64,000 nucleotides of DNA from Candidatus Hydrogenedentota bacterium. Its GTDB lineage: Bacteria > Hydrogenedentota > Hydrogenedentia > Hydrogenedentales > SLHB01. Location of the stretch: positions 28,814 to 92,813 of the forward strand of contig JADLGB010000037.1 of the NCBI GenBank assembly GCA_020849535.1, in the 5' to 3' direction. The notes under the pieces were generated by a model. It was not told the DNA's origin. It saw only the letters and a program-made list of their open reading frames with translations, and did no database searches. Positions 44,398 to 53,953 of the stretch are shown one piece after another (within the stretch, counting starts at the first letter, position 1; the number at the start of each line of letters is the position of its first letter). The translations under genes were made by a program, and so were the position numbers.

Positions 44398-47300
44398 ATG
44401 AGTAACGAGCCTATTCTGACCAAAATCGCATTCGTCGTAGATGAGAATGGACTGCCCGGCGAGGAAATCCGATTCGTTTCGGTGTCACTTGACGATGGGC
44501 AATGGACGCCCCCCTTGAGTTGCAGGCGCGGCAGGGACGGGGAGTATTGGCGCAAAGTCTTTCTTCTGATCGCGCGCTATTGGGAGCGTTTGAACACCCT
44601 CGGCTCTCTTGAGTATTGGCCCGATGAGGGCCACGGCCCAATTCTAGTAGGCGAGGGGCTTCCTGACTACGAGGGTTGGCATTTCTTGGCAAAGTACTGG
44701 AAGGAAAACGACGCCAAGGTTAAGCGCGAACCTAAGTCAGCTGAGCGAAAGAGGATTAGAGAATACCAAAAGGCCTTGGCAGGGATCTTTCAACGGCAAA
44801 CCGACCGGAGTCCATTCCCTTGGATCACTGTAAGAGTCAGTTTGGAACTGGACACCGTTCTCCTTTGCCCTCGCTCTATTGAGCTACCGTCAAAATGGCC
44901 CCAAAAAGCCGAAACGGTACCCGAGCGTTTGTTTGAGCACAATTGCATTGACGATCCCGCGGAAGTCGACCGACTCTTCAGGGAGCTGTGTGAAAAAGTT
45001 GCCAAATCTGAGCGCCAATTGGTCTATGCGCGCGGCAAGAACTCCTCGTGGATGACAGCGTACAAGAGTGCTCTGGTCTCCCGAGTTCCCGAGGTTACGT
45101 TGGCCGTGGGTGTTCGGGAATACCATTCGAAAGACCAAACGAACATTTATGCCCAAGGGGGGCCCTCGTCAATGACTGCCCCGGGCCGTATCCTCTTTGT
45201 AGAAGACCTCCTCAACTTCGCTCCAAACGTCCGGCGAATCTTGCTCTCTGGACCGTCTGGAACCGGCAAATCGACCCTCGCCAGACTTCTCGCCGATCAG
45301 CATATGGCTTGCACTCCAGCGCCCACGCCCCGAAAAACTTCAGTACTGGTTCAGTTGAATCTGTTCGACCCTGGTCGGCACAAGCATTTCTCAGACCTTG
45401 CACTGGAGTCCATGTGCCGTCTGGCTACTGAAGCTGACCAAACCTTTGACGAAAGAACCGAGTCTGCAATACGGCACTGGCTTGAATCTGACCAATCTCT
45501 TGCTTCCGAAACCCTTTACCTTTTAGATGGCTACAACGAAATACCCTTTGAACGTCGTTTGGGTGCCCGTGGTTTTGACAAGCTATTCCAGGCCTTCCTC
45601 AAAAGGAAGCATCAAGGTAGGATCGTCGTTACAGCAAGAACCGAATTATACCCTCCCGAATTCGTCCCGAGAGTTTTCATCATCCAGGAACCAGACGATG
45701 ACGCAGTTAGGCAATTCATCGATGCCAGACTAGGTCATGCCAGATATGCTCCTTTTACGGCTCAGCTTCTGACTGATCCCAAACTCCGGTCCTTGATCAA
45801 GAATCCATTCTTCCTAGATCATCTAATCAAACTCGCTCTGCAAATAGGAAGCAGAACTCAGCATGTTTCCACCGAACTGCCGTGCAGCCGAGCAGGCGTT
45901 CTGAAAGCCTTCGTGGAGGGCTCCCGTGATAGAAAATTCCGTCAGGAAGGGCTAGAGTATGTATCTTCGCCCTTATCTCTTCCGCATGTAGTATCCGCTC
46001 TTTCAAAGATCGCCCACGCCTTCCTCGTTAGCCCCGCCCACTCTACTCATTATCCGGACGGCATTGCTCGAGTCGTGCCGGACGCGTTTGAGCGAGAAGC
46101 CGTTATCAGAACGGCCGTAGCGCTTGGATTTCTTCAAGACATAGATTTCGATAGCACCTCCGTCGCGCAGCCCCTTGTCTTCTCGCATGACTTGCTCCGC
46201 GACTATTTCGCATCAATCGAAATCGCGGCGAGACTCGCCGACGGGAAAGCCTGCCTGAGAACGGACTACCTGGAGTACCGCCGCTGGGATGGACCACTGT
46301 CTCTATTTGTCGAGTTGTGTGAAGACCAAGCTACCGTTGACAATGTTATCCACGAAGTCACGCTCGATGATAGTGTCTTCGCCTCCGAACTCGGTGCAAG
46401 CGCGGCCCGGTGCGGAAAGCTTCAACTAACCCAACTTCTGCGAGCCAATGGGTATAGGTCAGAGTACGCACACAAGCTCATCAGCATGGCCCTCGAGCAC
46501 CCTCAGCATATCGTTCGGCTGCCTCAAGTATCGTGCGAAGCGACCACGAGACTTCTCGCTACTCTAGACGACTGGCAACTATTCAGGGCCCGCCAAGAAT
46601 TACCGAAACTCTCTTGGCTATGGTCAAACATCGTGGCTGCGATTGGTGCGCGGGGATTATTTGCCCCTGATCCAACTGCACCGTGCGAAGCAGACGCCGA
46701 CTACATCGAGTGCTATCTCGCGTTAGAAGGGCTTTCCAACGTTGGGACTTCCGAAGCCTTTGAACGGGCCACGGAGATTCTGCGTCGCATCGCGCCTCGT
46801 TTCGATGCGTCTGAGATGTCATATACCGCTGAACAACGGCTTTTCGTTCGACTGTGCAGCAGAATGTTCTCTCAGTGGTATGGCGACCTGTCCCCCGAGT
46901 GCGTACTGGACACCCTTCGGCAGCATGAGGGCTTTGTGCGGTGGGCACTGCTACAGATCTTGCACGCCGCACGCTTCTCTGAAAAACATATCGAATCACT
47001 CGTACGTGAGGCACGCATTAGCGAGGTTAGTCCAGGCTCTGTTCTTCAGGCAATCGGTCGAATCGGCGGAAAGAACGCTGTTTCGGCGATAATGCGCGTG
47101 GCGAAGCACTTCGCGAATGTAGACGGCAACTTGGCAACCAGCGAGAATTGCGGCCTGCTTCTTGATGCTGTCTTATCCGCACTTGCCGGAACGGGTGAGA
47201 TAGCAATGGCAGCATCGTGCCTGCAGAACGCGCTACTCGGTCCGTTGTCAGAAGACTCTTCAATGGTGTCGACAGAATTCGTACCAAGCTCGGAAGAGGA

Positions 47301-48132
47301 CCCAGAATACGTGTGGAATACCGTATTGATTGGGCTACTTCACATTGCTAAAGAGCCTCAGTTCATAATTCAACACCTCTTCCCCGACAATGTTGACGAA
47401 AAGGCTGTCAAAGAGTTGCGGGCCTTAACCGAACACCATTCTGAGTTTTCGGTACGGCATGAAGCAAAGAAGGCACTCGCAAAGGTTGTTGGTACCCATT
47501 GTCCAGAATTAATACTCACAGAGATTGAGGAAATTGTGGAGAAACGACCGGAGTACGCCCGCAATTGTGTTAGATATATCTGTCCCCACCCTGGCCTGCT
47601 GGAGCGACTCGAAACAAGGGAAGTTGATAGTGAGCTCTTCCGCCCGCTATGGGGTATGTCCTATATGGCGTATATAAGGCGGTGCATTGGTTCCACCGCA
47701 ACTGTCGGTATGCTCGACCTGTGTGTCCGGCTTTCTTTGAACGAGAGCTTGCCTGTTCCTGTTCGAACTATCTTGTGCGAAGTGCTATTAGATTATGGCA
47801 TACGACCGCAACCTTGGTTGGTCTTGGCTTTCCTCACCGCGCGAAGTGTCTTTGTCCAGCTGCTCGCAAGGGATACAGCAATTCAGTCTATCTGCACTTC
47901 CTTATCTGACAATGAGGCCCTGAGGTTGCTATCGGAGATGAAGGAACTTGCTGAAAACGGAGATCGCACATACTCTCAGTTTCGAATCGGGCAACCGGCA
48001 AGTTTTATACTCGCTGGGAGAGAACGACGTTACCTCCACCAACTAGAATCATGGCCAGATGGTCTTCGTTCGGTGCCTCAGGAATACCAACCTGTTGGTT
48101 ACGAAATTCTGGCCCGAATTGTAGATGCGTGA
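44398..48132 (+). CDS. STAND NTPase: unknown N-terminal domain + NACHT module + HEAT/ARM-like repeat C-terminus
   Basis: ATG at 44398 with GGAG upstream (track ORF starts at 44284). Walker A LLSGPSGTGKSTLARLL. Walker B LYLLDGYNEIP. ~600-aa helical repeat C-terminal region. Confidence 0.75.
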   Translation: MSNEPILTKIAFVVDENGLPGEEIRFVSVSLDDGQWTPPLSCRRGRDGEYWRKVFLLIARYWERLNTLGSLEYWPDEGHGPILVGEGLPDYEGWHFLAKYWKENDAKVKREPKSAERKRIREYQKALAGIFQRQTDRSPFPWITVRVSLELDTVLLCPRSIELPSKWPQKAETVPERLFEHNCIDDPAEVDRLFRELCEKVAKSERQLVYARGKNSSWMTAYKSALVSRVPEVTLAVGVREYHSKDQTNIYAQGGPSSMTAPGRILFVEDLLNFAPNVRRILLSGPSGTGKSTLARLLADQHMACTPAPTPRKTSVLVQLNLFDPGRHKHFSDLALESMCRLATEADQTFDERTESAIRHWLESDQSLASETLYLLDGYNEIPFERRLGARGFDKLFQAFLKRKHQGRIVVTARTELYPPEFVPRVFIIQEPDDDAVRQFIDARLGHARYAPFTAQLLTDPKLRSLIKNPFFLDHLIKLALQIGSRTQHVSTELPCSRAGVLKAFVEGSRDRKFRQEGLEYVSSPLSLPHVVSALSKIAHAFLVSPAHSTHYPDGIARVVPDAFEREAVIRTAVALGFLQDIDFDSTSVAQPLVFSHDLLRDYFASIEIAARLADGKACLRTDYLEYRRWDGPLSLFVELCEDQATVDNVIHEVTLDDSVFASELGASAARCGKLQLTQLLRANGYRSEYAHKLISMALEHPQHIVRLPQVSCEATTRLLATLDDWQLFRARQELPKLSWLWSNIVAAIGARGLFAPDPTAPCEADADYIECYLALEGLSNVGTSEAFERATEILRRIAPRFDASEMSYTAEQRLFVRLCSRMFSQWYGDLSPECVLDTLRQHEGFVRWALLQILHAARFSEKHIESLVREARISEVSPGSVLQAIGRIGGKNAVSAIMRVAKHFANVDGNLATSENCGLLLDAVLSALAGTGEIAMAASCLQNALLGPLSEDSSMVSTEFVPSSEEDPEYVWNTVLIGLLHIAKEPQFIIQHLFPDNVDEKAVKELRALTEHHSEFSVRHEAKKALAKVVGTHCPELILTEIEEIVEKRPEYARNCVRYICPHPGLLERLETREVDSELFRPLWGMSYMAYIRRCIGSTATVGMLDLCVRLSLNESLPVPVRTILCEVLLDYGIRPQPWLVLAFLTARSVFVQLLARDTAIQSICTSLSDNEALRLLSEMKELAENGDRTYSQFRIGQPASFILAGRERRYLHQLESWPDGLRSVPQEYQPVGYEILARIVDA

Positions 48133-48422
48133 CATACCTTGGACGAGCAAAGCGATAGGAGCGCCCTAGTGTTTTCCAACAGTGGAGTTATTCAGGCGGC
48201 GTTAGAACGGGACGTACAGAACGTTTGGCCCTTGATTTTGACTGACAACGGTATATGCTGCTCAACCGAGCAGACCGCAAGGCAAGCGGCAAGGCTGCGG
48301 AACTAGGAGATAGTGAGATCGCGGTTTCTGGGGATCCTATTCACAGTGACGCTTCATGGATTTGGCTCTCTGTATGGGGCTGTATGGCGCAAATTCTCGG
48401 ATTATCCCGACATCATGCACAC

Positions 48423-48461
48423 AAAAAAAGGGGGCAAATCCCAGAATGGGACGTCCCCCTT
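48423..48461 (-). terminator. Rho-independent terminator after the 463-aa gene
   Basis: Minus-strand GGGGG...CCCCC stem with inner TCCCA/TGGGA pairs, followed by T7. Lies 7 nt after the stop at 48468. Confidence 0.55.
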
Positions 48462-48467
48462 GGTGCG

Positions 48468-49859
48468 TCAGGTTACGCGGAGAAATGCGCCCGCGAGGCT
48501 CATGCGGCCGTCAAGCAAGGCCTGCATAAGTTCGCGGACGCTAAAGGTGGTATTCTCGTGCGCAGCGTGGAGGATGGCGTTGCCTCTCATGTGCCGCAGT
48601 GCGTAGGCGGTGAGGAGCAGGTTCCGGAGCACACGACAGTCCTCCAGCAAAGGAAACGCTTGGGCGCGCCCGGGAATCCTTTCCATGCGCACGAACTGGT
48701 GCCTGCCGAAGAAGTGATCCATTTCGCCGCGGTGCTCCTGGTATTGAGCGGCAGCCAATGTGGCAATCTTTTGGAACAGGGTTGCCTTGTCACCCGTGCT
48801 GGACACGCCGTACATTCGTAGCACGTTTTTGAGTTGCTCTCCGGTGAAACCTTGCCCGATGATGCTCCCTATCTGGTAGCATTCAACCTGCCCAAGACGG
48901 AGTTCGGCTGTGGCTGCCGGATGTCGACCTTCATTCGTGTAGTTCAGCGATGGGAACGATGGCGCGACGTGGCCTTGCTCGACCATGGCGAAAAGTCTGT
49001 CCAACGAGGTGCGAAAACACAACCTGCCATTGTCTATTCGCCATGCTTCAGCGAACTCCCGTGCAACAGCGCGCTTTGCCTCACTTGCACCGACAGCCGC
49101 CTTGAACGAGCAGGTGTCGCCCTTTCGCTCGACGTGCCACTCGAGGTGCGCGCGCTCAAGTGAGTAGTTCGCCGTGGTGAGCGTCAGCCTCGTAATTTCC
49201 GGTACGAGTTTCAACAGCCCGTGACTATAGGTTACGTGGCGGAGGAACGTGGCGCGGCGGAAGTTGAGGAACGGAAACGCCATGTTTAAGACAACGGCAT
49301 CCCGCCCCTCGAAATCGTTCAATGACAAGGCGTGCCCCAGGTCGTAGCGATCCAGGTCGTCGTAGCCGGATAGCTTCATGTCACGCTTTTTGGTCCTGAG
49401 GAAGCGGCGCAAGTCCTGAAACGAGGGATACACACGCTCAGCCACCTGGCGCGCGATGCTATGGCTCCACTGGTTTCGCAGGCGCTCGCGAGCCATGTCC
49501 AGCAGGGCCAGGTAGGGCATCTCATCCACGAAATACATCCACTTGCTCAGGTATTCGATCGTGTGTTCGAACAGGCTCTTGTGTTGGTAGTAGTGGCCGG
49601 TCGGAGCCCAGACATGATTCGCGTACCCGGCGGATTCGAGGTCCGGGATCTTCACGCTGGCGTCATTGAGCCGCCTGAGTAGAGCGTCGACCATGGTTGG
49701 GTGGCGGTCGACCTTTCCTTGTTCGTCTGCCCACGGATGAACTCCGTGAACGAGAACGTCGGCAAGGGAAACATCGACGATCTCCCACGCGAGTCGCCGC
49801 AGAGCCGGGAAGTCGACGTCCGGCACTAAAAACAGTTTGAAGGTCTTGAGCGTGTTCAT
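48468..49859 (-). CDS. Hypothetical protein with SAP-like motif, partner of the MoxR ATPase
   Basis: 463 aa. 4-nt overlap with the MoxR gene. FTGEQLKNVLRMYGVSSTGDKATLFQKIATL fits the SAP helix-extended loop-helix pattern. Confidence 0.5.
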   Translation of the reverse strand: MNTLKTFKLFLVPDVDFPALRRLAWEIVDVSLADVLVHGVHPWADEQGKVDRHPTMVDALLRRLNDASVKIPDLESAGYANHVWAPTGHYYQHKSLFEHTIEYLSKWMYFVDEMPYLALLDMARERLRNQWSHSIARQVAERVYPSFQDLRRFLRTKKRDMKLSGYDDLDRYDLGHALSLNDFEGRDAVVLNMAFPFLNFRRATFLRHVTYSHGLLKLVPEITRLTLTTANYSLERAHLEWHVERKGDTCSFKAAVGASEAKRAVAREFAEAWRIDNGRLCFRTSLDRLFAMVEQGHVAPSFPSLNYTNEGRHPAATAELRLGQVECYQIGSIIGQGFTGEQLKNVLRMYGVSSTGDKATLFQKIATLAAAQYQEHRGEMDHFFGRHQFVRMERIPGRAQAFPLLEDCRVLRNLLLTAYALRHMRGNAILHAAHENTTFSVRELMQALLDGRMSLAGAFLRVT

Positions 49860-51346
49860 GCTGCGATACCTCCCTTCTCATTTCTGGGTTGATTCGTGAG
49901 CAGTTCCTCGAATAGGTGAAGATCGCGTTCTATGTTCCGGCGGGTTGCCTCAATGCTCTCGAGATCGAGCGTGCGGGACTTGACAAGGCACGACACGTGT
50001 TGGTAGGCCACGAGTTTGCCAAGGTCAGACTCCTGCTCAAGGAGTTGCTCGACTTCCTCGACATACTCCACAGCGTCGTCCACGAGACTCCCGACGCATC
50101 GGGTGCACAGTTTCTCCGCGTCAATCTTGGTGGACAGTGAAGCCATCAATTCTTGGGGAATGGTTCCGGGCCGGCGCGCTTCCACCTGCAGGGCGACATA
50201 CGCAAGGAGCGTGATGTCCCGCTTGCCGTCCACCAGGTCGGTCCAGGCTTTGGAGCATGCCATCTCCCCCAGGTTCCGGGTGAGCAGTAACTCAGCCTTG
50301 CGCATCAAGTCAGGCGTGGCAAACAACTCGTAGATGAGGTTGGTTTCTGACAGCTCCGCACCTTCTTCGAAGTAAGAGCTAAGCAGATCGAAACAGATCT
50401 CGGTCTTGTGTATGGCCTCGTCGCGTTTGAGGGACTGGTCGTTCAGGCCGATCGGAATGCTGGATTGCACGACGTACCGGGCCGACTCCACAAAATCCGG
50501 GAGTGCCGCGTCCGATATCTGAGCTTTGGCAAGTTCCACGGCGCGGTTGGCGAGCAGATTGCGGTGAATATACCCGAGCCGCCGGCCATCCAAAGCGACT
50601 TCGCCACCCGTCTCGCGAACGAGCAGGTCCGCGAACTTGGCCAGGAATTCAGCGAGGGTGGGCATCTGGCTGCGAAGCTGGAGGAAATACCCGCCTGCCT
50701 TCACCAGAGTTTCCCTGAGTTGGATCCCGATGCCGTCAACATCCGCCTTGGCAACGGTGCCCGCCGATTCACCTCCAGTCCATTCGGACAGGCTAGGAGC
50801 ATCGTCGCCATTGATGTGTGTCGCCACCTTGATACGGTCCCCTTCCTCCATCTGGAGCACGTCCGGCGGATAGAGGAAGATGGCGAAGCGCCCAATAAGC
50901 GCGTTGTCCAGCGCTTGAGTTGCGCTGTAGCTGATGGGATTGATGGCCGCCCACACCCATTTCACTTGGGTTGGAAAGCCCATGATCTTCCGACTGCGGA
51001 TGATCTCGAGCCACTTGCTCTGAAGTTCCGGGACCGCACGATTCAATTCATCAATAAGTACGAGTTCCTTGTCCCAGATGGTGACGGGACTCGGTACGTA
51101 CTCCACGACGCCGTGCTTGAGCTTCTCCACATTGGGATACCCCAGCACATCCTCAAACATGGCCTTCGAGGCGTCATACACCAGAAACTTCCGTCCCAGG
51201 GCCTGCGCCACCTTGTTGCCAGCATGCGTTTTAGCGCACCCGTGGTTGCCGATGAGCAGCAAGGGGTCGCCGGTGAGGAGGGATGCCAAGACGAGATTCT
51301 CGTCCGCTTCCTTCCAGCCAAATATGCCAAGTTGGTTCAGAATCAT
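49856..51346 (-). CDS. MoxR-type AAA+ ATPase with ~300-aa C-terminal extension
   Basis: Walker A LLIGNHGCAKTH. Walker B LVLIDELNRAVPELQSKWLEII. NALIGRF arginine-finger region. Confidence 0.75.
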   Translation of the reverse strand: MILNQLGIFGWKEADENLVLASLLTGDPLLLIGNHGCAKTHAGNKVAQALGRKFLVYDASKAMFEDVLGYPNVEKLKHGVVEYVPSPVTIWDKELVLIDELNRAVPELQSKWLEIIRSRKIMGFPTQVKWVWAAINPISYSATQALDNALIGRFAIFLYPPDVLQMEEGDRIKVATHINGDDAPSLSEWTGGESAGTVAKADVDGIGIQLRETLVKAGGYFLQLRSQMPTLAEFLAKFADLLVRETGGEVALDGRRLGYIHRNLLANRAVELAKAQISDAALPDFVESARYVVQSSIPIGLNDQSLKRDEAIHKTEICFDLLSSYFEEGAELSETNLIYELFATPDLMRKAELLLTRNLGEMACSKAWTDLVDGKRDITLLAYVALQVEARRPGTIPQELMASLSTKIDAEKLCTRCVGSLVDDAVEYVEEVEQLLEQESDLGKLVAYQHVSCLVKSRTLDLESIEATRRNIERDLHLFEELLTNQPRNEKGGIAA

Positions 51347-51390
51347 GGTTCTTTCCTCCGGTTGGTTTCCTGTTATTGATCAAAATCGTT

Positions 51391-51423
51391 GGGGAGGCGT
51401 CCCCACCGAGGGGATGCCTCCCC
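51391..51423 (-). terminator. Stem-loop (possible terminator) between the small ORFs and the MoxR gene
   Basis: GGGGAGGCGTCCCC-ACCGAG-GGGATGCCTCCCC, a 14-bp stem with one mismatch. Only a short T4 run follows on the minus strand. Confidence 0.4.
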
Positions 51424-51447
51424 GAAACGACATGATGAAGATCGGAT

Positions 51448-51642
51448 TCAAGGCTTCAGTTCACACGCATAAATGGCAATCCCTGTGCCCCAATCCGATG
51501 CATCTTCCCGGCGCTTCTCTTCCGTGAGTCCATGCTGGACAAGCCATTCGTTCTCAGCTTGCTTCGCAGAACCCTCGGTCATGAATGCGCGCACGCCACG
51601 CACAATGCCTTCGTCCAGCGGTATGCAAACGAAGATTTCCAT
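51448..51642 (-). CDS. Small hypothetical protein (64 aa)
   Basis: AAGGAGAGG RBS before ATG at 51642 (MEIFVCIPLDEG...). The track ORF 51448..51804 is an upstream extension. Confidence 0.45.
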   Translation of the reverse strand: MEIFVCIPLDEGIVRGVRAFMTEGSAKQAENEWLVQHGLTEEKRREDASDWGTGIAIYACELKP

Positions 51643-51679
51643 GCGGATTCCTCTCCTTATGTTTTCACCACGGGTCCTT

Positions 51680-51838
51680 TTAGTCGGCCCAGACTTCGCG
51701 GCCGTCGCCGTGACGATCTTGGATGATGAAGTGGGTGGCGAGTGATTCGGGATCCAGTTGGATCTCTCGGGCCAAGCGTGCCGCATCCTCAAAGGACTCG
51801 GCATCGAGGTCGATGATCCACGTCACGCGAAATTCCAT
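51680..51838 (-). CDS. Small hypothetical protein (52 aa), absent from the ORF track
   Basis: Hand translation MEFRVTWIIDLDAESFEDAARLAREIQLDPESLATHFIIQDRHGDGREVWAD*. AGGAGG RBS 8 nt upstream of ATG at 51838. Confidence 0.45.
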   Translation of the reverse strand: MEFRVTWIIDLDAESFEDAARLAREIQLDPESLATHFIIQDRHGDGREVWAD

Positions 51839-51855
51839 GGTTTTCGCCTCCTATC

Positions 51856-53160
51856 TCAGACGGTGATATCCTCCAATTGAACGACGTCGCCGAACGCCTT
51901 GAACTCTGGACTGTCAGTCCGGCCGCCGAAGAGGACCGTCAAGGTATTGAATGCACGAGCCTTCAGTTGCTCCTGGTTTATGTTCTTCATGCTTGCGTAC
52001 CCATCGGTGAGGATGACGGCTTTGTCGAAGCGGTTGGCTAACGCGTGCTCAGCAATACAGTCAAAGTCCGTACCGTAGGTGGTCTGAACCTGACCGGCGA
52101 GAATCGTGCGAAAAGACGCCTCGACAACCGTGTTCGAAAACAGGAAGATGGTTTTTAGGTCCCGTTTCAGGCTTCGCAGCAGTCCGATGATCTCAGGCAG
52201 GTGTCGGTTGACGCTGCCGGAAACGTCGAGATAGATGGCGAGGCCGCGTTCCTGGGCCGCCTGGCGGTAGGCCAGGTTGTGATAATGGAACGGCGGTATA
52301 CCCGCGGCTAGCAAGACAAAGTCCCGTTTCGATGGTTGGATAGGAATCGGCGAGACGCCTATCCGCGGCGCATCGATCATCCTGCGGAATTTGTCCACCT
52401 TCTGGCGCGTGGTGAATCGATCCAGGAGCGAACGCTTAAGGCCCATGTGTGTCTTGAGAATCTCCAGGAAGAAGTCGAAGAGCGCTTCCCCGTATCCCGC
52501 GGCAAGGCCGTTGGGGCGCTGCGCAACGCGCATCAGATCCTCCGCGATGCGCGCAAGGGCTTCCGAACCGAAGGTCTGAGCCTTTCCTCTTCCCTTTGCG
52601 TCATGCACTGCTGTGCCGTGTCCTCCGAGAAGGACGATGGTCGGGGTCTCGACGGCCGGTGTAAGCACCTTGAGCGTTTGAATGACCTCGCCTGTGCTCA
52701 GTCTCTGGCCGACGCTATGACTCTCGTAGAAGTCGTGGTAAAGCCGAACGTACCGGCTCTGGTGCATGTGGCTTCCGGGGCGCAGCAAGCCCTCAAGCCC
52801 GGTGGGTTTGTAGAAGCGTCGAAACAGAGAGCCATTTCCCGAGTAGCGATTGAACAGAAGACTTAGGGTTGCGTTGATGACCATGTCTGCCCCGATGTTT
52901 TCGAGTTGGCCGCCTTCATACACGAAGTGGCCGAACATCGGGTGCATCAGCTCGTGCGTCACGAGGCAGAACAGGTCTTCCTGGCTCGTGACGTACTGAT
53001 GGACAAACGAAGGGTTGTATCGCATGACGCCGTGAGCGTCGATACAGGCCGTGGGACAGTGCTCCTCCGCTTCAACCTTCGCGATGAAGGATGCAACGAA
53101 GCTGTCCCGGCCGAAGGTACTTCGAAGCAATTCTCGGGCGGCTTGCAGGTTTATTTCCAT
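51856..53160 (-). CDS. Zincin-like metallopeptidase domain + vWA domain protein (DUF2201-like architecture)
   Basis: HExxH in VTHELMHPMFGH. MIDAS-type LAIYLDVSGSV in the C-terminal half. Start chosen at MEINLQ (53160, AAGGAG 9 nt upstream); the ORF extends to 53193. Confidence 0.7.
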   Translation of the reverse strand: MEINLQAARELLRSTFGRDSFVASFIAKVEAEEHCPTACIDAHGVMRYNPSFVHQYVTSQEDLFCLVTHELMHPMFGHFVYEGGQLENIGADMVINATLSLLFNRYSGNGSLFRRFYKPTGLEGLLRPGSHMHQSRYVRLYHDFYESHSVGQRLSTGEVIQTLKVLTPAVETPTIVLLGGHGTAVHDAKGRGKAQTFGSEALARIAEDLMRVAQRPNGLAAGYGEALFDFFLEILKTHMGLKRSLLDRFTTRQKVDKFRRMIDAPRIGVSPIPIQPSKRDFVLLAAGIPPFHYHNLAYRQAAQERGLAIYLDVSGSVNRHLPEIIGLLRSLKRDLKTIFLFSNTVVEASFRTILAGQVQTTYGTDFDCIAEHALANRFDKAVILTDGYASMKNINQEQLKARAFNTLTVLFGGRTDSPEFKAFGDVVQLEDITV

Positions 53161-53239
53161 TGTCTTCATCTCCTTGGTGTAAGGACGCCCCACAGGACTC
53201 AGTCCATCTGTGGGGCGTCTGCTTGGTGTTTACGGATCT

Positions 53240-53842
53240 TCAGTGGACCGTGAATACGACGTTTCCTGCGCCCTTGCGGAAGCAGTAGCCGCACTCGAGG
53301 CACGATTCGACTTCTTCCTGTTGGTGTCGGCAGCGCATGCCGGCGGCACGAGGATCGATGCCGATGAATGCCACGCGCCAGCCAGGAGTCGGGTCGGGCA
53401 TATCCGGGTCAAGGGATGCAAACAAATGCACGTTGCCGAGCGCGCGCAGCTGCTCCAACGCGGGTAGTATCGAGGCCACGTTCCAAGAGCGGGTGTACGC
53501 AAAGAACTGGGTGTTGGGCCGCTTACGCGCAATGGCTGTCCATGCGTCTGCATATTGCGCAGAATGAAAGTCACCGCTCACGTGGATGCGCAGATAGGGC
53601 AAGTCGCGCGGTATGCACCGCAGCATGGCGCGCACAAAGCGCGGCGCGTTCCACGAGAGCACGAGGTTGCGCGAGTACGCAACCCGGCAGTTTGGCCAAA
53701 CGCGTTCGAAGCGCGCCGCGTAGCAGTGCTTGATGCACCAGGGACTGGCGCCGGGGCAACTGAAGCGCGAAGGCAGGCTGAAGGTGGGAATCGGGCCGAC
53801 CTTCACGTTCCCACGGCCAATCGTGGGTTCGGCGACAATCAT
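53240..53842 (-). CDS. Cys-rich phage-type protein (Gp88-like, from memory)
   Basis: IPTFSLPSRFSCPGASPWCIKHCYA near the N-terminus and C-terminal CLECGYC. The family assignment is recollection only. Confidence 0.4.
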   Translation of the reverse strand: MIVAEPTIGRGNVKVGPIPTFSLPSRFSCPGASPWCIKHCYAARFERVWPNCRVAYSRNLVLSWNAPRFVRAMLRCIPRDLPYLRIHVSGDFHSAQYADAWTAIARKRPNTQFFAYTRSWNVASILPALEQLRALGNVHLFASLDPDMPDPTPGWRVAFIGIDPRAAGMRCRHQQEEVESCLECGYCFRKGAGNVVFTVH

Positions 53843-53953
53843 AGGGTCTCCTTTCCAAGAGGAAGGGGCGGAGCCGCCGCGGTATAGGCAGACTCCGCCC
53901 TTAGGTTGAGTGTTGCGTTGTGGGTTCCGGCGATGATCGCCGGCAAGAAGGGA

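Noticed and set aside
50408-51379. 323-aa plus-strand ORF opposite the MoxR gene. Similar cases: 61055..61903, 56997..57848, 33341..34219, 25809..26501, 29075..29800, 55677..56216.
   Set aside because: All are antisense to ORFs with clear motifs (Walker A/B, Exo motifs, HExxH, Lon-like, NrdD). They lack RBSs and have a biased Arg/Gly/His composition.
37205-53160. TerY-P-like triad (vWA + Ser/Thr kinase + PP2C phosphatase)
   Set aside because: The kinase and the vWA protein are ~14 kb apart in different operons, and no PP2C phosphatase motif was found.
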